Numbered from the whole stretch's first letter, positions 1 through 12,255 are shown. The stretch is DNA of 63,148 nucleotides, filler included, from Octopus bimaculoides (GCF_001194135.2; 7 parts of 7 records of this genome joined end to end with filler, not necessarily neighbours in it); one strand, 5' to 3'. The notes: generated from the sequence alone by a model not told the origin. Made by a program: numbers and translations.

Positions 1-95
1 ATATCTAATACAAAATGAGACAAGAATGCAAAACTTCCAGACAGTTAGGTGATACAAGAAAGGGACAACAAAACATCCAGATAGACGATACAATA
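1..95. mobile_element. Fragment of an interspersed repeat also present at ~61205-61295; possibly a Penelope-like terminus
   Basis: Shares acaagaa..caaaac.tccaga.agttaggtgatacaa.aa.ggacaacaaaacatc.agataga.gataca with the 61.2 kb copy. Confidence 0.4.
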
Positions 96-109
96 TATAT
101 ATATATGTC

Positions 110-560
110 ATCATCATCATTTAATGTCCGCTTTCCATGCTGGCATGGGTTGGACGATTTGACTGAGGACTGGCAAACCAGATGGCTACACCAGACTCCA
201 ATCTGATTTGGCAGAGTTTCTACAGCTGGATGCCCTTCCTAACACCAACCACTCTGAGAGTGTAGTGGGTACTTTTACGTGCCACCGGCACGAAGGCCAG
301 TCAGGCGGTACTGGCAACGGTCATGCTCAAAATGGTGTATTCTACATGCCTCCTGCACAGGAGCCAGTCCAGCGGTACTGGCAACAACCTCGCTCGAATG
401 TCTTTTCATGTGCCACTGGCACAAGTGCCAGGAAGGCGACGCTGGTAACGATCACGCTCAAATAGAGCTATTTACGTGCCACTGGCATGGACGCCAGACA
501 GCTGCTCTGGCAATGATCACGCTTGGACAGTGCTCATTGCCTTCCCCCTCTAGCTTTGCC
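110..560 (-). mobile_element. 3' tail/UTR of RTE-type LINE (or SINE sharing it), ending in (TGA)n
   Basis: tcatcatcatttaatgtccgctttccatgctggcatgggttgg motif, repeated at 10250-10430; the interior is the reverse complement of the UTR following the RTE ORF at ~16760-16915. Confidence 0.65.
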
Positions 561-1601
561 ATTCGCTTTACACTACTGATTTCTACTCACTCTAGTGGCA
601 TTATTTTCTTGATGATGAAAAGAAAGTATTCACCCCTGCAACATAAGAGCAAGGTTGAAATTTGCTATAGGGTGCAAACCCAGATTTTTAAGAGGATTAA
701 GGGGTGAGCTTGGACCCTCTACACCCTCTGTCTCTGAGCCTATGCCCTGCAGCCAATAATGAGTTATGACAAGGATAAAAATTCAGCAAAGAAATTTGGA
801 AAATAGGAATGTAAAAGTAATGCTACTCTGTACTAATAAATATTTAATTGACTATTGATGTTAAACTGTAGAAACTTGGTGGGGTGATCATTCAGTAGGT
901 CCTTGAACCATTCAACAAGTTCCATTGTCGTATTCAATAAAAGCAATAGGGAAATAGATTTTACAACAGATCTTATTGAGTGCATTCTTGCCAAGATCCT
1001 CCCTAAGGTAAAAATCTGTTTCACGATTGTCTTTATGAAATAACATAATCAAGGTGAACAAATAGTTCAAGAACCTACCAAACAAGCCCCTACCAAGTTT
1101 GACATCAATAATTATTGTCAATCAATCATGAAACTGCTACTTATGAAAGCCATTTAATACACTATATACTTTAATGCATGCATAACTTCAACTTTTGTTT
1201 TACTTAAATTACTCAACACAATATGTTATGAAAAACTGAAATTTGTAATCAATTATATCCAATCTCTGTTTTCCTCATATCAATTGGCCAAACAATAATA
1301 AAAATAGCAAGTATCATAATTTAGGAGTAGACTCCTGCTAACTTGAGTCTATGACTTAATTTGAATTCTGCAGAGTAGCTACATAGTTATTTCCCTATAT
1401 TTATATGATCAATTCTCTTGGAGTAGAAAGAATGTCATAATTTCCATTTTACTTTATCATAATTCAATAGATCTAATCAATCATTGGCACTTATTTTTGG
1501 TCATGAAAAGTTGTTCGATTAACCATATTACATTTTATCTTAGAATTATAGAAATGCATATATATATATATATATATAGATATAGATATCTACACACACA
1601 C

Positions 1602-1617
1602 ACATGCATGTGTGTGT

Positions 1618-1663
<46 letters not shown>

Positions 1664-1680
1664 ACACTCACTCTCTCTCT
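1602..1680. repeat. (CA)n microsatellite
   Basis: Seen directly. Confidence 0.95.
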
Positions 1681-1879
1681 TATTTTTTTATTCTTTTATT
1701 TGTTGCAGCCATGTAGCTACAGTCATGCTGGAGCACCACAGTGGGGTGTTTCACATCGCCATTCCTGAATGTGTCTTTGTCCCAGTTGTTGGCCCATTGG
1801 GTGTATAAGAGAGTTTGATTCTACTGCCCTCGTCTGTACCTCATGTCAGGCCATTGGTTCATCCAGTATTGTGGACAGA

Positions 1880-2795
1880 AGTACGTCTAGTTCCTTTTTG
1901 AAGACATTTACTTCCACCTTATGCAGATTTCTTCATTTTTGTGGCAAGGCATTGAAGAGCTGTGGGCCTTTGAACCCCAGGCTATTGCAATACCTCATCC
2001 TGAATTTAGATGGAGTGGGTGATATCTTAAGTACAAATCAATGGCATCCAGTTCTGCCATTTGTATAACACTCAATGTTGAAATTAGGTACTAGCCTTTC
2101 TAGAGTTTTCCATATGTAGATTATGTATCTGTCGTACCTTTGCTCCAGGGAGTAAAGTTGCAGCTTTTTCAGCCTCTCCTTATAGCTCATCCACTGTACC
2201 ATTTCAGTCTTTTTAGTGTAGTGGCATTGGACTGCTTCAAGCTCCACTGTTAGTTTGGCACTATGTGTTGACCACAGTAGGGAGCAGTAGTCCAGCTGGC
2301 TGAGAACAAAGGTCCTCCACTGGGTCAACATAACTTCTTGGTTTCTTGTTTTGAAGGACTTTAGTATCCTGCCAGTTGTCTGCACTTTGCTGCCATCTTG
2401 GTAATGTGCATATGAAATGATGCATCATTATACATACTGATCCCCAAGTCTTTCACTGTCTGTGACTCTGGGATTGCAGAGCCTTTGGGTTCAGTATATT
2501 CAGGCTGTGGTGCCTTCGTGAGTTGATAGTGCTTGAAATTTTCCAGCATTAAACTGCATGTTGTTTATTTTGGCCCACTTGTATATTGCATTCAGGTCCC
2601 ACTGTAAGCTTGCGATGTTATCTTGATTTTTTATTGCCGGTGATAATTTTGTATCATCAGTGTAGCTAGTGATAGTGGTTGTCTGAGTGATCATGGGTAT
2701 GTTTGAAAGGGCTATTATGAACACTAATGGCTCTAGAACAGTTCCTTTAGGGCGCCATTTAGGATTTGAGTTTCCTCAGAAAGGGCATCATTCAC
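1880..2795 (-). mobile_element. CR1-clade LINE, decayed RT C-terminal half and 3' region
   Basis: Frameshifted ORFs 2500-2724, 2361-2549 and 2038-2385 give SYTDDTKL (YADD equivalent), WAKINNMQFNAGKFQ, VKDLGI, LDYCSLLW, LEAVQ, MSYKERLKKLQLYSLEQR. Confidence 0.85.
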
Positions 2796-3768
2796 TATAT
2801 ATACATACATAGTTGTATATATTTATATATATATATATTTATATATATATATATTCATATATACATATATATATATATTCATATATATNNNNNNNNNNNN
2901 NNNNNNNNNNNNNNNNNNNNNNNNNNNNNNNNNNNNNNNNNNNNNNNNNNNNNNNNNNNNNNNNNNNNNNNNNNNNNNNNNNNNNNNNNNNNNNNNNNNN
3001 NNNNNNNNNNNNNNNNNNNNNNNNNNNNNNNNNNNNNNNNNNNNNNNNNNNNNNNNNNNNNNNNNNNNNNNNNNNNNNNNNNNNNNNNNNNNNNNNNNNN
3101 NNNNNNNNNNNNNNNNNNNNNNNNNNGCCTAAACCACCAAACTAATATTTACAAAACTTTTCATACATGTTACACTACCATCCAGTTCAATAATAGGCTA
3201 ATTGGATTTCAATAAAAATCTATAATGTGCCCTCCAAAGGCGTTGGGCGAATTATATGATAAAATGAGAAGGTTGCAAAACGTGTTAGTCTGAGAGAAAG
3301 GTATAAATAGAGAGAGGATGACTTATATCAGTGAAGGCAAGAACTGCAGTGGTAATGGGGTGTAATGTTAATACAGCTGTCACATACACGTGACACTGCA
3401 TACATACTTTCATAAATACATAGATACAACATAAACATACACACATGCACATGCACACACATACACACACATACACACACATACACACACATACACACAC
3501 ATACACACACACACATACAGAGGAAGGTGGGTGTGAGGAATACGTAGTTTTAAGGAGAGAGGGGGTAGGTGCATTTTCTGCTGACCATCGCAAAGAAACA
3601 CTCACACATACAAAAATACATATATATATCTACTATACATCATTTTAAACTCATGATTATCTGTGTGTGTATGTGTGTGTGTGTGTGTGTGTGTGCGNNN
3701 NNNNNNNNNNNNNNNNNNNNNNNNNNNNNNNNNNNNNNNNNNNNNNNNNNNNNNNNNNNNNNNNNNNN

Positions 3769-3801
<33 letters not shown>

Positions 3802-4381
3802 AGACGTCCTATAACTGTCTGTCTCTCTACTTTTGTAGGGTCTTCTCTGTTGCTGTCACATATTGTGAGATTTTAAAATTATGTCAAAATTTCCAAATTT
3901 GGTAAATTGAAATAATTTTCCCCATTAAATCCGATTTTGTTATTTATTTATTCCAGAAAATTGCAGAAAATGTCACTGATATCTAAAGTTTAATCAATTT
4001 TATCTAATCAGAAAACAGGATTTGGAAGCTGACATTTTCTGCATGATATCAGGCATTTTCTGCATGATAACTGTTTATCACAAAATGAAAGCAAAATCAT
4101 TAGGAGGAGGAATTTTTATTAGGCAAACAAAAGCAAATCATTACAACGACCAAAGTTGTAAGAACTTCTGAAGTTTTAATGAATAAAGTCATGTGAAACT
4201 GTTGAACAGACATGTAAATAATTTAAAAAAGAAAAAAACTCTGCAGTGAAGTTTTTTTGGCAAAAAAATGCCCCAATTTGTCCTGATCTAGAGGAAGGCA
4301 TGCTCTGACATGGAATAAATAAAAAATTATATAAGACATTCTATTGTAGAAATTGCCTGGCAACAATGTGCTATTCATCTA

Positions 4382-4413
<32 letters not shown>

Positions 4414-4627
4414 NNNNNNNNNNNNNNNNNNNNNNNNNNNNNNNNNNNNNNNNNNNNNNNNNNNNNNNNAAATTATGATGAACGTAAACAAACAAACGAA
4501 GTTTGCTTTAGAAGCGTTGAGATGTCTTAGAAAGTTAAAGAAGTTATTTTAAATTCTCAAGCGTAGGATAATGCTAATAATATAGCCTGAACAGGATAAG
4601 CTACTCCTATTTTGCAGAAAAAAGTGT

Positions 4628-4708
4628 TAGCGGCTGGCTATGAGACTCGAACTCATACCTCCATGATTACGCGTTGCGGTACTCTAAACCATTAAGCTAA
4701 ATCGCCCT
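4628..4708 (-). mobile_element. tRNA-derived head (SINE-like) with A and B boxes
   Basis: Minus strand reads gggcgatttagcttaatggtt...gagttcgagtctcatagcc; a related B-box fragment lies at 56425-56465. Confidence 0.5.
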
Positions 4709-4738
4709 CACCACAAGTTCTTCTGCAAATTTAAGATG

Positions 4739-4739
<1 letters not shown>

Positions 4740-4797
<58 letters not shown>
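4740..4797. repeat. (TAA)n microsatellite
   Basis: Seen directly. Confidence 0.95.
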
Positions 4798-4890
4798 GGC
4801 AATAATGTAGTAGCTCTGCATCGGCAAGACTTCATGAAGTCTGGGTTGTAGTCTGCACAGTCTTGCATGTCCTTAAGAATGTGAATAAAA

Positions 4891-5170
4891 ATCCAAAATT
4901 TATAAGGAGTGGAATAGGTAGAATATAGGCTACATATGTTTCTTAACTAGCTAAAGTTCATTATGTAAGTCTTACACAATAAACTCTTCTCAGCATAGCT
5001 AGTCATCAGGCTGAAATTACCGCACAAAGTTTATCTCTCTGCTGTTGTATTTTGGCCTGACTACTAGCTACACTGAAGAGGGTTTGTTGCATAAGATTTA
5101 CATATTGCACTTCAGCTAGAAACATATATAGCTTATATCCTACCTATTCCACTCCTTATGAATTTTGGAT
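4891..5170. mobile_element. Inverted pair of Penelope-like terminal units, each with a hammerhead-like core
   Basis: 4891-5011 (minus) aligns with 5055-5170 (plus). Minus copy: cCTGATGActagc..gctagttaaGAAAcatatgTAgcc. Plus copy: cCTGActactagc..gctaGAAAcatataTAgct. Confidence 0.55.
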
Positions 5171-5272
5171 CTACTTATACTTTTGCTATTATGCCAAGTT
5201 GTAATTAAAACAAGTTTTACATTAAACTGAAGGATTACACAATACTTTTTGTAGAGTACATATTCATAATAC

Positions 5273-5367
5273 TTTTACAAGAAAAGGGATGACAGTTGCT
5301 TCAAAGTTTCAGCCTGTTCTGCAGCAGGGCAAAACTTCAAAGCTACTGTCATTGCTCTTCTTGTAAA
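5273..5367. repeat. Imperfect ~37 bp inverted repeat (hairpin, MITE-like)
   Basis: tttacaagaaaagggatgacagttgcttcaaagttt versus aaacttcaaagctactgtcattgctcttcttgtaaa. Confidence 0.6.
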
Positions 5368-6535
5368 TGTATAATATATATCATGCCTGAAAGAAATGGC
5401 CTGAATAAATGTATTATGTAATTATGATATAATTATATGAAACAGGTTGTAACCTAATGAGATCTTAACTACTGACTGTATATACACACTCAAGCCATAT
5501 GCACATACGTGTGACTGTGTGCTTATTCACAATTCGCAAGTAGCTGACAAAGGTGACTGTGTAATCACACAGTCCACTAGAAAGAGCAGCTATATCTTTC
5601 TCCCAAATGTGTACAACCTATCAGCTTGAAAAAAAAATGTGATAAGTACACATTAGGCAATGTAGTTCCAGATACACTGTGCTTGAATTATACATAGATT
5701 GATTGTGGTTAGAAAGCTGTTTGTCATTGTTCTACTTGAGCAGGCTTGACCTTAGGTTAACAAACAACAACAACAGCAACAACAACACAACTCGTTATTG
5801 GTATGATGTTATTAGTTGTATTGATTAGTTTATTTAAATCTGTCCAACACTATGCAAAACCATTCTGGTATTATAATTTCACTATTCACACACTATTTAC
5901 TGAAAATTGATCAGTTTTTAACTAGAACCTTTGTTCCATGATTACCAATCACCTGCATTGCTATACTTAGTCTTCTATCATGATAAACATTTTTAATTCT
6001 ATTAATTTTTTTAGTTAATATTGCTATTATCATAGAGAATTTGTGGGGTTTTTTTTCTTTTCTCTACAAATAGCTGTATTTCTTCCAATCGGGTTGTATT
6101 TTAAACATAGCTTAAGTCTCAATTTGCTTCTACATTTTATATTTTTATTTTTTAGTTTTGGTAGAAAGTGGACTGTATAATTTTGTCTGTATTGATTATT
6201 TTGTGTTGAACAGATTTAATTTTAGCCATTTCAACAATAATTCTTCATTTCAATTGTTCTGTGGTTGTTGAAAGATATTTGCATTTCCCATTGTATTTTA
6301 TTTGCAGATNNNNNNNNNNNNNNNNNNNNNNNNNNNNNNNNNNNNNNNNNNNNNNNNNNNNNNNNNNNNNNNNNNNNNNNNNNNNNNNNNNNNNNNNNNN
6401 NNNNNNNNNNNNNNNNNNNNNNNNNNNNNNNNNNNNNNNNNNNNNNNNNNNNNNNNNNNNNNNNNNNNNNNNNNNNNNNNNNNNNNNNNNNNNNNNNNNN
6501 NNNNNNNNNNNNNNNNTCTCTCCCTCTCTCTCTCC

Positions 6536-6586
<51 letters not shown>

Positions 6587-6657
6587 TATATATGCATGTA
6601 TGTATGTATGTATGCATATGTACCTACATACTTACATACATGCAAATGTATGTATAT

Positions 6658-6725
<68 letters not shown>

Positions 6726-6927
6726 TGTACAGTGAGAAGTCCAACTACTGCAGTATGAGTTAGAGTTCTATGTGGATTATCATTATTCAGTCAGCTTCCA
6801 GTATAGTGGATAGTCAACCACTATACTTCACAGCATAACTAGTTATGATTGACAGAACATACATTGTAGAAATCAAGATAAACACCAGTACAAATATTTA
6901 GTTCCTAGATATATTTCACCATTGCAG

Positions 6928-7007
6928 TTAACTGGAAGTCAGCATTGGATGTTCCAAGTGTATTTGGATACCCGACTGCAATGGATCATCAGGGGAACAC
7001 TACAGAA
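6928..7007 (+). CDS. Candidate internal exon of an unidentified host gene (80 nt)
   Basis: Acceptor atttcaccattgcag| and donor |gtcagt; two open frames (NWKSALDVPSVFGYPTAMDHQGNTTE or LTGSQHWMFQVYLDTRLQWIIRGTLQ); no repeat similarity seen. Confidence 0.35.
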
Positions 7008-7025
7008 GTCAGTGCTTACCTTTAA

Positions 7026-7247
7026 CCCTTTTGTTACCGTATTTATTTTGAGATGCTCTGTGTTTCTTTCAATTAATTTTAGATATAGCAAAGAATTTAG
7101 TAAAATAACTTAGTTATCATTAAGCTAGTATTAGGAACATAAACTGTGACTAAGGCTTGGTGGAAGATTTTAATTCTAAACTAATGTAATCAAGACATTT
7201 GTACTACAGAGCCAGAGGCAGTTTCAGTCGGGTTTGTATTGAAAGGA
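7026..7247. mobile_element. MITE with TTAA TSD and CCC-type terminus (piggyBac-like)
   Basis: ttaa|cccttttgttac ... gtattgaaagga|ttaa; TTAA at 7022-7025 and 7248-7251. Confidence 0.6.
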
Positions 7248-7362
7248 TTAAAGCGAACACTGACTATCATATCTCTGGATGTTGGAAGGCTGTCCACTAC
7301 TAGAACAGAGCTTGTTGCAAAATTACCAAAAATTATAATTCTGATATATTTTCTGCTTACAG

Positions 7363-7410
7363 CAAACTCCTATGGACCAAAAAACTCTTACTCTCACTTT
7401 CATGTGGAAA
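7363..7410 (+). CDS. Candidate internal exon (48 nt), phase-compatible with 6928-7007
   Basis: Acceptor ctgatatattttctgcttacag| and donor |gtatga; reads QTPMDQKTLTLTFMWK or KLLWTKKLLLSLSCG when spliced. Confidence 0.35.
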
Positions 7411-8109
7411 GTATGACAACACTCATAGGAAGACTACATAAGAAATAGAGAAGCAACATTCTTGCAAAAATTGGGACAAATTATTGAATCTTCATCAGAG
7501 AGTGAGAAAAGCAACATTGAAGTCATGACTGTTGAGCTCCAAGGCGACAGATTACAGATTACAGATTACAGATTATTGATGTTAAGTGAAGGAATAATGA
7601 CCTGTAAATAACTTGATGTGAATGGGTGAGAAGTTGAATATAACTGATTACTAACCCTCTTGGCCTAGAAATATCTCTCAAGGTCTCATGATAAATCACT
7701 TCACTTCATGCTTCATGCTTCATGCTTCATGCTCTTGCTTGATGAGGCTGGGATCACCCCAGGTTTGTGGTCCCAGAAATGTCATAATGCATAGAGCTGA
7801 CCAGGTCCACCAGTGCTCTCCATCACTGGTGGTTCTGTACTGGCCCCTCTGCATCCTGATAAATACAAAAGACATATCTAAGATGCAGAGGAAAACGAAG
7901 TTAATCTTCATATTTTTGTTAACTTTCCATTCATGTTTCTTTGTGCTTTGTCAGTCAGTACCATGTATGTATTTACTGGTAACTAACTGCATGTCAAGAC
8001 AAAATCTGTCATCACTAAATATTGCAGTTAAGTTCACTTTTCATGATGTATTTGTATTGAGTATGATATACAGGTGGATATTTTGATCTAATACTGCTTT
8101 GGTTTACAT

Positions 8110-8600
8110 TTCATCAGGTGTCTTGGGGAAATTTTTTTGAACCTGGGTTCTCATTCCTAAGGTATTTTTCGATGTTGTTGTTATTATTATTATTATTATT
8201 ATCATTATTATTATTATTCAGGTCACTGCCTGGAATTGAACTTAGAATCTTGGGGTTAGTAGCCCACGCTCTTAACCACTACGCCAAATGCCCGTAGGCA
8301 TATGGCTTAGTGGGCATATGACATAGTGGACATATGCCATATGCTCACGAGCATATGGCATAGTGGTTAAGAGTGCGGGCTACTAACCTCAAGATTCTGA
8401 GTTCGATTCCAGGCAGTGACCAGAATAATAATAATAATAATAATAATAACAACATCAAAAAATACCTTAGGAATGAGAACCCAAGTTCAAAATTTCCCCA
8501 AGACACCTGATGAAGGCTGGAGGGTATATCAGCCAAAATGTTGTGCTACCAACAAACAAGATGAGGACAAATATCCGTCAATTGTAAATAATGTAAATAA
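8110..8600. mobile_element. Head-to-head inverted pair of a tRNA-headed element carrying (TAA)n and a hammerhead-like core
   Basis: Left arm 8110-8297 is the reverse complement of right arm ~8346-8515. A box (tggcatagtggtt) and B box (gagttcgattcc) present; CTGATGA at 8507-8513. Confidence 0.7.
8503..8547 (+). ncRNA. Degenerate minimal type-I hammerhead ribozyme-like motif
   Basis: acac-CTGATGA-a-ggctg..cagcc-aAAA-tg-TT-gtgc. Stem II ggctg/cagcc, stem I acac/gtg; GAAAC appears as AAAAT, consistent with CpG decay. Confidence 0.45.
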
Positions 8601-8619
8601 TGTACATTTTTTTCAGTAC

Positions 8620-9870
8620 TTTTTATTCTAGCCAGAATTATTTTTCTTATTTAGATTTTTTCTTATTCCACACAGAATTATATATATATATATTTATCTT
8701 TGAATACATTTTTTTCATTACTTTTTCTTCTAACCAGAATTATTTTTCTTCTTATTCTGATTTTCTCTTGTTCCATGCAGAATTATATTTATTATTTCTT
8801 CACGGCATATGTATATTTTTTTCCATTTCTACGTCTTTTCCTTTCATTACACTTTTCTTGGCAGAAACTGGATTAGTTACCTGCAAACTTTCATTATCTT
8901 TTAAGTGTTTGCATTAGAACAATTCCTCAGTGAAACATTTTCAGTAGAAGAACCTTTTCCTGTAACAGATGGCTCAGATTATCTAATTTCAGAATTTTCT
9001 ACAATGTGTTCTTTACTAGTTACTTCCATTAACATTTCATCTGGAGTCTTTTCAAGGAAGAATTGCTTAGTATCCTCAATCATGACATGGCTTGCATTTT
9101 CTTTGTCCATTTTAACTTTCTTAGCATATCTGCTTACATTTGAAATCTTCTGGTATGACTTGCTTTAAATGTATCATTAATTCTTTTTCATTTTTTTTTT
9201 CTTCTAATGAAAATTATTTTTTTGTTCCATGCAGAATTATTAAATCCTTCGTATGGACTTATTATTATTATTATTATTTTTTTTTTTTTGTTCCACACAG
9301 AACCATTTTTTCAAAATGCCACAGGTAGTACCGAGTCTACATTATTACTGGTAGCGCTACTACATATAGCAACCTGACTAATAAATCCTTTGAACAGACT
9401 TATTATTTTTTTTTTTCTTGCACACAGAACCATAGTTTTTTTTTCAAAATGCCGCAGGTAGTACTAATTCTACATTATTACTGGTAGCGCTATTACATAT
9501 TGCAACCTGACTTATAAATTCTTTGAATGAACTTACTATTATTATTATTATTATTTCTTCCACACAGAATTATTTTTCACTGTGTGTAGTTTCAGTTTTA
9601 TCAGACATATCTTTTTTACTTCAGAATCTTTTTTTCATATATTTTTCACTGTGTTTATATTACTTTTCATCGTGTGTAGTTCAATTCTGTGTTAGCGTAT
9701 TTTTCTTCAGAATCTTTTTTTATATATTTTTCACTGTGTGTATATTACTTTTCGCTGTGTTAAATTCAGTTCTGTGTTAGAGTTCCAATTTTATCAGACA
9801 TTTTTTCTTCAGAAGTTTTTTTTTTAATATATTTTTCACTGTGTATATTACTTTTCACTGTGAAGTTCAA
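8620..9870. repeat. AT-rich degenerate tandem repeats: ttccacacagaat motif, a ~130 bp duplication (9293-9560) and ttttcactgtg repeats
   Basis: cacacagaacca...caaaatgcc.caggtagtac...ctacattattactggtagcgcta occurs twice; ttttcactgtg recurs five or six times in 9570-9870. Confidence 0.75.
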
Positions 9871-10249
9871 TTCTGAGTTAGAATTCAAATCTTTCAAACT
9901 GTCTTTCATTGTTCTGAATGTAGGTCTTCCTTTTTGACACTCCTAAGAGCATTTGTAACATTGTTACCACTGTGATAACGACATCGTTATACAGTGAGAG
10001 GTATCCTTGTTGCTACTGTTATGTCCTGCTACTATATATCAGTGGCTACATGAGTTACGAATCCGAATTGCCACTGTTATGTCTTGCATTACGATGACTT
10101 ATTTTGTCATCTCTGCGGGACTGGCCCAAACAGTGTACCTCACTGACTGACATTACTGACTGTGTCAGTCCACTTCTCACCTGGGAATGTTTGCCACAAC
10201 AAGCACTATCACTACTGCTGCTAAACAATTTTCATCTGCTACTGAGATT

Positions 10250-10430
10250 ATCATCATCATTTAACATTCATTTTCCATGCTGGCATGGGTTGGATGGTTT
10301 GACGGGAGCTGGTAAGGCTGGGGTCTGCACCAAGCTCCATTGTCTGTCTGACATAGTTTCAACAGCTGGATTCCCTTCCTAAACCAACAACTCCACAGAG
10401 TATACTGGGTGCTTTTTATATGGCACCAGC
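10250..10430 (-). mobile_element. RTE-type 3' tail fragment
   Basis: Matches 110-290; a more decayed copy lies at ~11215-11365. Confidence 0.6.
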
Positions 10431-11544
10431 ATCTGTATCAATTCTGTAGTGGTGGACGGGTCTTGAGTACAGTAAGGCACCAGATATATTTTTGTGTTTT
10501 AAACACAGAATGTTCATAAGTGACATTATCTCCAAACAAATATTGCAGCTATTTTGGCTCTCCATGAGGTCTTTACATTAAGTATTATACACTGATGGCC
10601 ATTTTAATCTAATGCTGCTTTTGTTGCACATAATTGATTGTTATTTTCCAGTTTAAACAGGATAAAACAGCTAAATATTTAGATTAATCAAATCGATGAG
10701 ATAACTTAATTAGATTTACAATTTTTGTTGTTTGTTTTTACAAAATTTTAATCAAATACCAAATCCCAAACAAGCGTAAAATAACTCTATGGATTACATT
10801 AGTATTGATTTGCCTTAGTTATTCTACTAATGTTTGGCAAATTAGTTTCCATACAAAGAAGATCTGAAGATTTCATTGGCATTTAACCCTTCTCGTAGCA
10901 AGAAGGCACTAAAATATTTTAGGCAATCATATCAGACTTTTACCAGAAGTTATTTCAAATCAGCTGAATTCAGTAAAAATTGGTAAAAGCATATTATTCA
11001 CACCTTTCTTTCTTAAAACTCTTGGTATAATATTAATATTATTTCAAAGGTTATTTTAAAAAGATATATTCACATAATAGAAATAAGAGTAAAAATTGTT
11101 ATACATTTATAATTGAGTAAAGCACTTATAATTCAAACTAGTATTTACTATACTTTATATAAATTTTATATTTTTTTGTTTATCTTCATCATTATTTAAT
11201 GTCTATGTTCCATTGGACAGTTTTAGAGGATTCAATGCACCCAAGGACTGCATCTCGCACTAGTGTCTGCTTTGACATGACTTCTATGGCTGGGTGTCCT
11301 TCCTATTGCCAGTCCCTTCACAGTATGTACTGGCTGCATTTTTCATGTCACCAACACTAGTGGGGCCATCTCACATATGTGTATGTGTATGTGTATCTGT
11401 CTGTCTGTCTGTCTGTCTATCTGTCTGTTTGTGTGTATATAGAAATAAATGTAGGGAAAGCAAGCTAGACCGATCAATATATAAAGTATATTAAGTACAT
11501 GAAATACAAAAAAATGTATATATGTTTACATATATAAAGGTCTG

Positions 11545-11760
11545 ACTTAGACAGAATACAAATGATATAGAGAATTAAAGGGATTGAAGAAAAGTATTAC
11601 AAATCCAACAGCTGTTTCTGAGTGTTGGTGGTCCAAAATAATGTTTCTAGATTGATTCCGTTGTAGGATGAGATGAGCCTTCATCTTCAGGGAAGAGATC
11701 TTACATTTGAGGTGTTGAAGGAAAGAACTTCTTTCCATATGTAGATCTTATATTTGTGTA
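11545..11760 (-). mobile_element. Possible Penelope-like terminus
   Basis: Minus strand has CTGAAGA followed later by GAAAcagctgTT; the same GAAACAGCTG core occurs at 61646-61655. Confidence 0.3.
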
Positions 11761-11936
11761 AGGAATGCATAAGAGTTGAAAACACTGGCAAATATTTTCT
11801 GCAGTGTAATAATATCAAAATAGGAAATTTGAAAATTTTTTGTTATTATTTACTCTCCATAGATAATAATGGTGAATAAATAATACCAAACACTTTTGCA
11901 ATCTCCTGTATATTATTGTTTTTTGTCTTTTTTTGA

Positions 11937-11981
<45 letters not shown>

Positions 11982-12206
11982 GTAGGTAAGCAGGCAGGCA
12001 GGCAGAAGCAGACAGGCAGAAGCAGACAGGCAGAGGCAGACAGGCTGGTAGAAGCAGGCTGCTGAGCAGGTAGGCAGATAGACAGATAGATGTGAGTGTG
12101 TGTATGTTTCCANNNNNNNNNNNNNNNNNNNNNNNNNNNNNNNNNNNNNNNNNNNNNNNNNNNNNNNNNNNNNNNNNNNNNNNNNNNNNNNNNNNNNNNN
12201 NNNNNN

Positions 12207-12255
<49 letters not shown>

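Noticed and set aside
3839-3901. Candidate plus-strand exon (VFSVAVTYCEILKLCQNFQI)
   Set aside because: The acceptor derives from low-complexity sequence next to (TG)n, and it could not be linked in phase to the other candidates.
6733-6752. 20 nt micro-exon that would splice in frame to 6928
   Set aside because: No polypyrimidine tract (preceded by (TA)n); too easily produced by chance.
7740-7860. Minus-strand acceptor plus open frame
   Set aside because: Another frame reads WRALVDLVSS, resembling a decayed RTE C-terminus; a repeat remnant is more likely than an exon.
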